DNA of 61,647 nt from assembly GCF_006345805.1 (NCBI RefSeq), contig NW_021834486.1, positions 1 to 61,647 of the forward strand, read 5' to 3'. The notes under the pieces are model-generated. The model saw nothing but the letters and a program-made list of their open reading frames with translations. It searched no databases and was not told the DNA's origin. Shown piece by piece: positions 51,191 to 61,647 of the stretch; position 1 is the stretch's first letter, and every line of letters starts with the position of its first letter. The stretch is from Octopus sinensis. Taxonomy: Eukaryota. Both the position numbers and the translations under genes were made by a program.

Positions 51191-53166
51191 GTTTCAAATT
51201 TTGGCACAGGGCCAGCAATTGTGGAGGAAGAGGAAAGTCGATTACATCTATCCCGAGAGAACGAAAAGCAAAGTCGACCCTCGACTAATAATAATGATGG
51301 TTTTCAAATTTTGGCACGAGGCCAGGAACTTTGGGTGGGGATGGGGGGTAAGTCAATTACATCGACTCCAGTGCTCAATCGGTTCTTATTTTATCGACTC
51401 CGAAAAGAAAGCAAGGTCGACCTCAGCTAATAGCAAAATACTGGTAAGAAGCCGATATGTCTGTCTGTTAGAATAAACTTACAAAGAATTGCTTACGGCG
51501 AGTCGGCAGTTATGTTAATTCATATTGTCTCAATATTATCTACTTTCCCAGTATACTTAATCCACATCCGATATGTGTCTTACATTATTTCATGAATGTT
51601 TTACCTTTAAGAAACGATTTGAAAATTGTTTCAATGAAATTTTTTTAAAAAAGATGAAAGGAATATTAAACCTTCATCTATCGGCTATCTGTAATGAGTG
51701 GATGACGACAAAAACATAGCGACGGCGCACCGATCGTGATTACACAAAACATTATAGCCCTGTGTGTGTGTGTGTCCTCCACTACCGGTGTTGGTTTGAT
51801 TACGTTCCCATAACCTAGAGTTTCAGCAAAAAGAGACTGATAGGCTAAATAGCGGGCTTACAAATAAGTACTAGGATCGATTTATTCTACGAAACCCTTC
51901 AATGTGGTGCCCCGGCATGGCCGCATTCCAATGACTAAACAAGAAAAAAAATCAACGGAAAACACCGTTCTCGAAGATTACCAACATCCACGAGACAACG
52001 AGAGAAGAGAGGCTGATGGAAACTTAACACTTTTCTCTGAGAAAATCTCTTTCTGCGAAAAGCTGGTAAGACAGGCATTTCAAAATCAAGCTTCTGTCGC
52101 TATTACAACACTTTGCAATAAGATCGATGTTATTGTCCGATTTGGATGTTGACTCTGACGAGCGATGTCTGGCCAAGTGTGCAGAAGACACGTCTTGGTT
52201 TCAGTCAAGTAAATTGTTTGGAGTTATGAGACTAGATTTACGCTAAAACAGCACAGTGAACAGCTACAGCTTATAGTTACTAAGTAACTGGTGGTTTGTG
52301 TCTTACGGAGAAATACCATGTGAAGATACCAGGTGTTGCAGTGTCGGAATAAGACAATCGGACCCAGCTGTTTCGATGCTAATGATTTGGCATTGCTGAC
52401 TGGATATTCAGCCTGCTGAAGACAAACATGCACGCACGGACACGTGCAGAACAAATAAATTTATATTAGCGTTGATTTGTGGATTCGAGTCTGGCAGGGG
52501 TTAGCTCATCAGTTTTCAGTCATTTGTTAGTATTTATAAATTGTCACTTCAAATCGAACCGAAAGGATAAAATATATTATGTATATATATATATATATAA
52601 TATATATATATAGACGGGCAAAACCCTTCCGTCCAATGGACGGTGCTGAGTTGTTAAACATTTGAACCAAATTTTCTCAAAACAACTTGTCCCACCGTCC
52701 CATAGGCCTCCCCTTTGAGAAACACTGATTTAACCTAAATTTGAGACACCAGCAAAACGAAGAAATAAAGATAGGCATTTTTCTATTCCAAAGAAAAACG
52801 ATTTTATTCACACAAATATGCAGCCGAAGAGTTTAAAGTACCAGTAATGATAAGGCTGTTGACTGGGAGAACACAAACATGGTTGAAACAGAAAGCTTGG
52901 CAGGAAAGAAACGTGTCTTTAAGCAGTATAAAAACAAAAAAAAAATGGAAGGTGCAGTTATGTACAGGTTGATGGAAGAAAAGCAGGACAAAAACGATTC
53001 ATGCAGCAAACTGCACGTGCATTTTTCTCGCGTACGCATCATATCGATCGCAACAGCTGATGTACTAGCGCGTACAAATGCACGTTCCCACTGCTTTATC
53101 GATTGCATTCTCACCTGGAATCGATATTTGTAATTTTTTCAAGACTTATACACGCTCTGATATTGT

Positions 53167-53560
53167 CAGGAGTGGCTGTGTGGTAAGTAGCTTGCTAACC
53201 AACCACATGGTTCCGGGTTCAGTTCCACTGCGTGGCATCTTGGGCAAGTGTCTTCTGCTATAGCTCCGGGCCGACCAGTGCCTTGTGAGTGGATTTGTCA
53301 GACGGAAACTGAAAGAAGCCTGTCGTATATATGTATGTGTGTTTGTTTGTGTGTCTGTCCCCCTAGCATTGCTTGACAACCGATGCTGGTGTGTTTATGT
53401 CCCCGTTACTTAATGGTTCTGCAAAAGAGGCCGATGGAATAAGTACTGGGCTTACAAAAAAAGAATAAGTCCCGGGGTCGAGTTGCTCGACTAAAGGCGG
53501 TGCTCCAGCATGGCCGCAGTTAGTGACTGAAACAAGTAAAAGAGTAAAAGAGTAAAGAGT
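53167..53560 (+). mobile_element. SINE family A
   Basis: Family consensus match. Confidence 0.9.
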
Positions 53561-53989
53561 ATCAAATTTGAGCGCAATCGGATAGAGGATGCCCGAAATC
53601 ATAGAAGACACACAGACAGACAAAACGGATTTTAATATTATATATATATATATTATATATATATATAATATATATATATATATTATTATTATATATATAA
53701 TATATCTATATTGTGAAATAACCTGTAGGTGTCAAATATGATGCATTCTTCCAGCCAAGATGCTATATTTATACACACACAAAACACATTTGAGAAATCC
53801 GGGTAAAAGGTTGACCCTAGCCAAATATGTTTAGTGTGAACAACTATGGCGCCTAAGATATATTCATAAGTAGGTGTATGCGAGTGCGCCTGTGGATTAA
53901 AGAATGGATCTTACTTGATGATAATTTAAATATTATACACTCAGCTTTCTAATACTGAGTTCTTGTTTTGCGTATATTAACCCCCGTCC

Positions 53990-54610
53990 CTATGCATATG
54001 TATATATATATACATATACATACATATATACATATACATACATATATACATATACATACATATATATACATATATACATATATACATATACATACATATA
54101 TATACATATATACATATACATACATATATATACATATATACATATACATATATACATATACATATACATACATACATATACATACACATACATATATATA
54201 CATACACATACATATATACACATACATATATACACATACATATATATACATACACATACATATATACACATACATATATATACATATATATACATATACA
54301 TATATATATACATACATATACATATATATACATATACATATATATATACATACATATACATATATACATATACATATATATACATACATACATATATATA
54401 CGCATATATACACATATATATACATATATATACACACATATATATACACATATATACATATATATACACACATATATACACATATATATATACACACATA
54501 TATATACACATACATATACACACATATATATACACATACATATACACACATATACACATATATATACACATATATACACACACATATATATATATATATA
54601 TATTTGTATG
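53990..54610. repeat. (TACA)/(TA) microsatellite
   Basis: Direct inspection. Confidence 0.95.
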
Positions 54611-54769
54611 TATCTAATGTACGCACAAATTTCAATACATATATGCATGCGTGTATATACACGTAATTATACATTTGTACGAGTACAATTAATTAACACT
54701 AGTAATACGATTATAACTTAATTAATTTACCGATTGTTATTAAATAGAGAGGATAATATGGTATAATTG

Positions 54770-55618
54770 GGACGGAGGAGAAGTGGAGTGGTGGTGAGGG
54801 GTGATGGCCGTAGTAGTGGTGGTGGTGGTGGTAATGGTAGGGGAGGTGGTGTTGCTGCTGCTAGTGCTGGGGTATCAATACTAGCCTTAGTAGCAATGAC
54901 TGCGGTGGTGGTGGTGCCAATAATGTTGGTGGTGGTGGTGTTGATTGCGATGGTTGTGGCGGTGCTAGTGATGGTGATGGTGGTGGTGGTAGTAGCAGCA
55001 ATGGTGGTGGCGGTGCTGCTGATTGTGGTGGTGGTAATGGCAATAGTTGTGGTGGTGCTAGTGATGGTGGTGGTGGTTGGTGCTAGTGATTGTGGTGGTG
55101 GTGGTGTTGATTGCGATGGTTGTGGTGGTGCTAGTGATGGTGGTGGTGGTGGTGGTTGTGGTGCTAGTGATTGTGGTGGTGGTGGTGTTGATTGCGATGG
55201 TTGTGGTGGTGCTAGTGATGGTGGTGGTGGTGGTGCTAGTGATTGTGGTGGTGGTGGTGTTGATTGCGATGGTTGTGGTGGTGCTAGTGATGGTGGTGGT
55301 GGTGGTGGTGGTGCTAGTGATTGTGGTGGTGGTGGTGGTGGTAGTAGCAGCAATGGTGGTGGCGGTGCTGCTGATTGTGGTGGTGGTAATGGCAATAGTT
55401 GTGGTGGTGCTAGTGATGGTGCTGGTGGTGGTTGTGGTGCTAGTGATTGTGGTGGTGTTGATTGCGATGGTTGTGGTGGTGCTAGTGATGGTGGTGGTAG
55501 TGGTTGTGGTGGTGACAGCGTTGTTGATAGTGGTGGAGGTGGTAGTACTGATTGCGGTGATGGTAGTTGCGATAGTGGTGGTGGTGGTGGTGGTGGTGGT
55601 GCTGATTGCGATGGTTGT
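54770..55618. repeat. (GGT)-rich minisatellite
   Basis: Recurring GGTGCTAGTGATTGTGGTGGT..GTTGATTGCGATGGTTGT. Confidence 0.9.
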
Positions 55619-55740
55619 TAGTTAATTTTTTGGCTCAAAAAGCAAGGCCATGTAGGGGGACATGGAGTTATGTACAGGGAGGGTGTTCATGCAAAGAGTT
55701 CAGGCCATTTCTGGTCAAGAGAGACTTTGAACCGAGCGGT
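55619..55740 (-). mobile_element. CR1-type LINE extreme 3' fragment
   Basis: Reverse complement of ~28718-28845. Confidence 0.88.
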
Positions 55741-55794
55741 CGTGGTGGTGGCGGTGCTGGTGTTGCTGATGGTTGTGGTAATTGCTGTGATGGT

Positions 55795-56192
55795 GCTGTG
55801 TGGTAAGTAGCTTGCTAACCAACCACATGGTTTCCGGGTTCATCCCACTGCGTGGCATCTTGGGCAAGTGTCTTCTACTATAGCCCCGGGCCGACCAATG
55901 CCTTGTGATGGATTTGGTTTGACGAAACTGAAAGAAGCCCGTCGTATATATGTAATATATATGTATGCGTGTGTGTGTTTGTTGTGTCTGTGTTTGTCCC
56001 CCTAGCATTGCTTGACAACCGATGCTGGTGTGTTTACGTCCCCGTCACTTAGCGGTTCGGCCAAAAGAAACAGATAGAATAAGTACTGGGCTTACAAAAA
56101 GAATAAGTCCCGGGGTCGAGTTGCTCGGCTAAAAGGCGGTGCTCCAGCATGGCCGCAGTCAAATGACTGAAACAAGTAAAAGAATAAAAGAA
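55795..56192 (+). mobile_element. SINE family A
   Basis: Family consensus match. Confidence 0.9.
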
Positions 56193-56300
56193 TATATATA
56201 CAATAATAGGCTTCCAAATAGGAAAGTGTTATGCTAAAACACAGAAAAGGGATAAATTCACGAAAGGAATGAAAATTGAAAACAATTACCATCTCAACTA

Positions 56301-56375
56301 TATCCCAGACCGAACGGTTTCTAACTATTTCCAGCAAAAAAATATTTGCTGAAGGCCACTTTCTTCAGTGGGACA
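56301..56375 (-). ncRNA. Type-I hammerhead ribozyme motif
   Basis: TGTCCCA-CTGAAGA-..TTCAGCAAA TATTT TTTGCTGGA..-GAAAC CG TT CG GTC-TGGGATA; 7-bp stem I. Confidence 0.85.
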
Positions 56376-56534
56376 GCCTTAACTAATCCTGACATAAGAC
56401 TGCTAGATCCACATGTAGATCTAACGTTTGTAAAACCTAACAACTTTCAAACCTCTGCGCAGACGCAATTACCCGCGACAGAGAGGATACGGTAAAAATT
56501 TCGAACAAATTTATCAAACAATATATATATATAT

Positions 56535-56577
<43 letters not shown>

Positions 56578-56654
56578 ATCTATATATTCATGTATATATA
56601 TATATTAAATTTCTAAATCTCTCATAGAGATATGTACGGTTGGTGGAGCGATAG

Positions 56655-56934
56655 AGTGGTTGTATGCTGTCAACTTAACGTGACGTGTAAGGGAATTACA
56701 CCACCGCTGTTAGCCCTAGGATGCATCGAACGCTTTCCTGTCGGCCTTGAACATTTCCTGTGTCCTTATATATTTACGAAGGGGAGCTGTTGGGGAGATT
56801 CGTCTCCCCTTCTTAAATATATAAGGACACGGGAAATGTGTCAAGGCCGACAGGAAGCGTCGATGCTTCCTAGGGTTAAACAGCGGCGGTGTAATTCCCT
56901 TACTGTCACGTTAAGTTGACAGTATACAACCACT
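56655..56934. repeat. ~280-bp fold-back palindrome
   Basis: Arms ~130 bp, AGTGGTTGTATGCTGTCAACTTAACGTGAC... / ...GTCACGTTAAGTTGACAGTATACAACCACT. Confidence 0.95.
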
Positions 56935-57039
56935 ACATATATATATATATAGTTGTATTTAGGAATGGTCATTTTGCCAGTTTAGCCAATAAAAACACAC
57001 GCACTATATATTTGGTGTTATTTTGCTTCAGCGTCACTT

Positions 57040-57805
57040 CGCTCTTCAAGTTAATCGGTTTTTGAATGAGAAATTCCCTAACAGGTGAATTGGAAGAGGT
57101 GGACCATTATTTTGGCCCCCATGTTTATCAGATTTGATTCCATTGCATTTCCTTTTACGGGGATATACGAAAGGTATTGTTTATTCAACCAAGCCTCGAT
57201 CTTTAGAAAACTTGAAAGCAAAGATAACTGATTTGATTGAAGGTGTCACTGAAAATCAACCGGAAAATGTTTTCCGAGAACTACAGAATCGTCTTTCTCT
57301 TTCTATTAACAGGGACAGATAAACGGATTAAGTCGATTACATCGACCCCAGTGCGTAACTGGTACTTATTTAATCGACCCCGAAAGGATGAAAGGCAAAG
57401 TCGACCTCGGCGGAATTTGAACTCAGAACGTAACAGCAGACGAAATACCTATTTCTATTTCTTTACTACCCACAAGGGGCTAAACACAGAGGGGACAAAC
57501 AAGGACAGACAAACGGATTAAGTCGATTACATCGACCCCAGTGCGTAACTGGTATTTAATTTATCGAGCCCCGAAAGGATGAAAGGCTAAGTCGACCTCG
57601 GCGGAATTTGAACTCAGAACGTAACGGCAGACGAAATACGGCTACGCATTTCGCCCGGCGTGCTAACATTTCTGCCAGCTCACCGCCTTCAAAAATTTAG
57701 ATCATTCTTCTTTCTTATCCTTTTTACGCATTAATTCTGGCACGTATAGTTACGAAGATAAAAGAATTTTAAAACTGAACCATGAATTTATGGACACCCC
57801 GTGTA
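57040..57805 (+). mobile_element. Tc1/mariner-superfamily transposase relic interrupted by a SINE B dimer (~57310-57690)
   Basis: IGRGGPLFWPPCLSDLIPLHFLLRGYTKGIVYSTKPRSLENLK; TIR-like end TTTATGGACACCCCGTGTA. Confidence 0.75.
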
Positions 57806-58224
57806 TAAGACAAAAATAATGGGTTATATACATTTATTCGTCTACTAGCTTAAAAGACTTTCAAGCCAGCTCCTGCGGAGAGGTAATTCGGTCGAAGCCG
57901 AAAACTAAAGAGAGCTAAATAGCAGGACTATATAATATAGCCGTGCTGTTTATAATGACTAAATGCCCCGGTGGTGTTTGATCAGACGTTAATGACGAAC
58001 GAGAACGAAATATGTAATGCAATCGTTCTATTCTTCCACTCCCAAACTGAATTCCAACTGTTGGCCACTGTGTTCCCAAAGTTCTTATCTTGACGTAGAA
58101 GTAACGAAACGGATGTCATTTACGTCGCTCTTGATATCTGACGTCATCTGACAAACGCCGACCAAGATGGCGTGGATCATCCAAGCTTTACCCGCGAGAA
58201 ACAGCAATTCGAATACTTTTAAAT

Positions 58225-58575
58225 CAGAAGCGCTTCAAGGACAGTCTCAAAGTCTCTCTCAAGGACTTCCCCATCGGCACAGAGACTTGGGAGACACTTG
58301 CTGCCGACCGCTCATCCTGGCGCAGCGCAATCACCACAGGAGCAAAGACAGCCGAGGAGAGACGGATTCAGTCAGCAGAACAGAAACGCCAGATGCGGAA
58401 AGCCAGAGCCACCTGCACCAATAGCACAGCCCCTACCCACTTCTGCCCCACTTGTGGGAGGGGCTTTCTTGCCCGGATTGGCTTCACCAGCCACCTCCGG
58501 TCTCATAGCAGCAATTCCACCAAATGATGTCAATGGTCATCTTCGAACCGAAGGACGAACATTATCATTATTATA
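58225..58575 (+). mobile_element. RTE (BovB-like) LINE 3' end, frame open to stop at 58527
   Basis: QKRFKDSLKVSLKDF...WETLAADRSSWRSAI...HFCPTCGRGFLARIGFTSHLRSH; 3' UTR ATGGTCATCTTCG..CGAAGGACGAAC. Confidence 0.9.
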
Positions 58576-58653
58576 TTATAAATCAGATCCCAATGCTGGG
58601 TGTTCAACAACCAAATGAAGGTTAGATTTTCAATCCCGGGATCATCCTGATTC

Positions 58654-59818
58654 TATTGGGGTGTCCGGAAAGTTCATGCCGATTTTTAAAGGAAAGAAAA
58701 AAGGTCAATAAATACTTGTCATTACATTTTTAATCAACCAAATCTGAACCATTTTGTTGCACAATGCGTCTCCATCTTTCCTTTAACTTGAAAATACCCT
58801 CTTCTCCACAATTGCTCAAAAACCACTTTTGGTTGTTTATGTCACCATAACTGGGCAGTTTGGCAATAAACAGATGAATAAAATAGGGGCCAGATTTGAG
58901 AAAAAGAGTAAAGTACTGGTGATGATTTGTTGAATTAAAAGAACACTCCAGCATGGCCATTGTTTAATAACTGAAACAAGTAAAATATTGGGGTGTCCGG
59001 AAAGTTCGTGCTGATTTTTAAAGAAAAGAAAAAGGTCAATAAATACTTGACATTACATTTTTAATCAACCAAATATGAACCATCGCTACAAGCAATACCA
59101 TCAGCACTACCACCACCACAACAATAGTCGTAACTGTCATGAAAATCGCAAGGATCACAATCTTAATCTTTCCTTTAACTTGAAAATACCCTCTTCCCAG
59201 AACTGAGGTGATTTCATGGCAAAGAATTCATCAAGGTATCTTTTAACGTCATCCAAGGAATAGAAATTTTCACCATTAAGACTATTCTGCAGAGACCTGA
59301 ATAAGTGGAAATCCGAACGAGCTATATCTGGTGAATATGGAGGGTGGGGTAACACATCCCAGCCGAGCTGCAGCAATTTTTATCTGGTTCCCGAAGCATC
59401 AAGTGCCGAAAATGAACTTTTTTATCTTCCATTTTAAAGGGTTACAGAATTAACACAGGTTATAGGAACAGAAACCTTCTTCCACGAAAAGATAGCTTAA
59501 ACTGTGCTCTAAATGGAGGTGTAGTCAAATCCTATTTTATGGACTCAACTTTGTTCTAAAATAAGTCGAAAGGTAAGCTACTATAAATCGGCACGAACTT
59601 TCCGGACATCCCAGCCGAGCTGCAGCAATTTTTATCTGGTTCCCAAAGCATCAAGTGCCGAAAATGAACTTATCTTCCATTTTAAAGGGTTACAGAATTA
59701 ACACAGGTTATAGCAACATAAACCTTCTTCCACGAAAAGATAGCTTAAACTGTGCTCTAAATGGAGGTGTAGCCAAATCCAATTTTATGGACTCAACCAT
59801 GTTCTAAAATAAGTTGAA
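58654..59818 (-). mobile_element. Rearranged, internally deleted mariner elements
   Basis: TIR GGGGTGTCCGGAAAGTTCGTGCCGATTT at ~58657, ~58989 and inverted at ~59585-59613; GWDVLPHPPYSPDIARSDFHLF. Confidence 0.9.
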
Positions 59819-59819
59819 A

Positions 59820-60230
59820 GGCGCAGGAGTGGCTGTGTGGTAAGCAGCTTGTTTACCAACCACATGGTTCCGGGTTCAGTCCCACTGCGTGGCACCTTGG
59901 GCAAGTGTCTTCTACTATAGCCTCGGGCCGACCAAAGCCTTGTGAGTGGATTTGGTAGACGGAAACTGAAAGAAGCCCGTCGTATATATGTACATATATA
60001 TATATGCGTGTGTGTATGTTTGTGTGTCTGTGTTTGTCCCCCTAGCATTGCTTGACAACCGATGCTGGTGTGTTTATGTCCCCTTTACTTTGCGGTTCGG
60101 CAAAAGGAGACCGATAGAATAAGTACTGGGCTTACAAAAGAATAAGTCCCGGGGTCGAGTTGCTCGATTAAAGGCGGTGCTCCAGCATAGCCGCAGTCAA
60201 ATGACTGAAACAAGTAAACGAGTAAAGAGT
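59820..60230 (+). mobile_element. SINE family A
   Basis: Full length. Confidence 0.92.
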
Positions 60231-60232
60231 AT

Positions 60233-60291
<59 letters not shown>

Positions 60292-60438
60292 TAGCGTTTC
60301 TGCTGGTTCGTTATGTTCTCAGTTCAAATTTTGTTGACGTTCACTTGCTTTTCATCGTTTCGGGTTCGATAAAATTAGCAGCAGTCGAGTACGGGGCGGG
60401 GGTCGATGTAATCGCCTTACCCCCTCCCCCGAAACTAT

Positions 60439-60518
60439 TGGAGGAGTGGCTATATTTAAATTGAATTGATTTTACTGTTTATCACTTCTTAAATATAGCC
60501 ACGAAACACGTGTAGTCA
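60439..60518 (+). ncRNA. 5'-clipped hammerhead motif
   Basis: ..GAGGA-GTGGCTATATTTAA...TTAAATATAGCCAC-GAAAC ACGT GTA; 5' side replaced by SINE B sequence. Confidence 0.65.
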
Positions 60519-60680
60519 TTTTACCAATTATATACATTATATTTATTATTTTGTACATTACTTAATCATTGGTATATGTTTTTATCTTATATTCAATTTT
60601 TTCTTTAGGATGTAATTTTTTTCTATATAGTATAATTGAATTTTTTAATTGTTGAATTGATGAAAGTTGGTTTATTTCTA

Positions 60681-60723
<43 letters not shown>

Positions 60724-60742
60724 AACATTCCTGTCACAATCT

Positions 60743-60786
60743 GGGACCTTGAAGACTGCTTAAATGCAAGAAAGTATACTAGTCCC
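60743..60786 (+). ncRNA. Hammerhead motif with CUUGAAGA core and CUA triplet
   Basis: GGGAC-CTTGAAGA-CTGC TTAAAT GCAA-GAAAG TATA CTA-GTCCC. Confidence 0.7.
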
Positions 60787-61092
60787 TTAATATTTTATGT
60801 TCAATATTTCATCTATTCAATAAGACAATCAATACTTCATTTTATTTTACTATAAATACTATTTGTACTATATATTCTATATTCTACATTAATATTATAA
60901 AGAATATAAATAAAACATAAAAAACAGAGTTGGAATTCCTTTGAATAATATATATCCCTCTATACACAATCATACAAATCCCTTTATATATATATATATA
61001 TAAAGGGAAAGTTTACGAAAATAAACAAAAGACGAAGGCAGGTGGAGTACAAACAAACAAATGTATTAGTATAACGCTCAGGAATAGAAAAA

Positions 61093-61133
61093 GTATTTTA
61101 CGTTTCGAGCCTACGCTCTTCGACAGAAAGATA
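61093..61133 (-). ncRNA. Hammerhead-like motif with 8-nt core variant (homologue of 21368)
   Basis: TTT-CTGTCGAA-GAGC GTAG GCTC-GAAAC GTA-AAATAC. Confidence 0.55.
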
Positions 61134-61469
61134 CACAGAAAAAACAAGGAGAGAAACAAGGAGAGAAAAAAATGCATGTAGGAGCTAAATATATAATGCT
61201 CACACAAATTTCTCACCAAAGGTTACTATGGGCCTCGCCCGAAGACTGTAGCTGTCATTTCGTTCCTAAATTAATTAAATCACTTAATTAAATTTACTAG
61301 TTTCTTGAGTCTGCCATAAAGATCTGTCATGTTTATTCTACAACCGCAAGATGGTTTCTAAAAACGGGATCTGTATATTAATAGTGTTTCTAGTTTATTA
61401 ATCTTGTTTCTAGAATAGAATACCTTATGAACGAAATCCACTGTGAAATTGCATTTGTAACTATTTTGA

Positions 61470-61647
61470 AACCGGCAGAATCGTTAGCAGCGTTTTGCTG
61501 GTTCGTTACGTTCTGAGTTCAAATTTGGTTGACGTTCATTTTGCTTTTCATCGTTTCGGGTTCGATAAAATTAGCAGCAGACGACTACAGGGGGTTGATG
61601 TAATCGCCTTACCCCCCTCCCCCGGAACTATTGGCCTTCTACCAAAT
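61470..61647 (+). mobile_element. Diverged SINE family B (related copy ~60295-60440)
   Basis: Family consensus match. Confidence 0.75.

Noticed and set aside
52750-53160. ORFs in non-repetitive-looking sequence
   Set aside because: No recognisable domain; probably a decayed element
54727-55625. Gly-, Pro- or Val-rich ORFs
   Set aside because: GGT-based minisatellite open in several frames; no gene structure evident
57845-57895. Minus-strand CCGCAGGA..GAAAG..TTA hammerhead-like string
   Set aside because: Core and stem I too degenerate

Overview
AT-rich, repeat-dominated eukaryotic non-coding DNA with no credible host gene or exon. The SINE repertoire resembles, from recall, that of Octopus or another coleoid cephalopod. 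Nearly all ORF-track entries are microsatellite or SINE artefacts. Contents: (i) three tRNA-headed SINE families (A, B, C) and a fourth repeat family (D) whose 139-bp 3' end forms two tandem arrays; (ii) 3' fragments of CR1-group, RTE and R4/Dong LINEs, including a twin-primed RTE nested in another RTE; (iii) Tc1/mariner, pogo-, hAT- and Merlin-like DNA elements; (iv) a Penelope-like coding relic; (v) long microsatellites. The most notable layer is about a dozen dispersed minimal type-I hammerhead ribozyme motifs of several sequence families, including core variants. They sit in short non-coding modules mostly embedded in (TA)n tracts, alongside seven long fold-back palindromes. This suggests a Penelope pLTR/retrozyme-like population. 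Coordinates were read by eye, and repeat boundaries are approximate unless a TSD is given.
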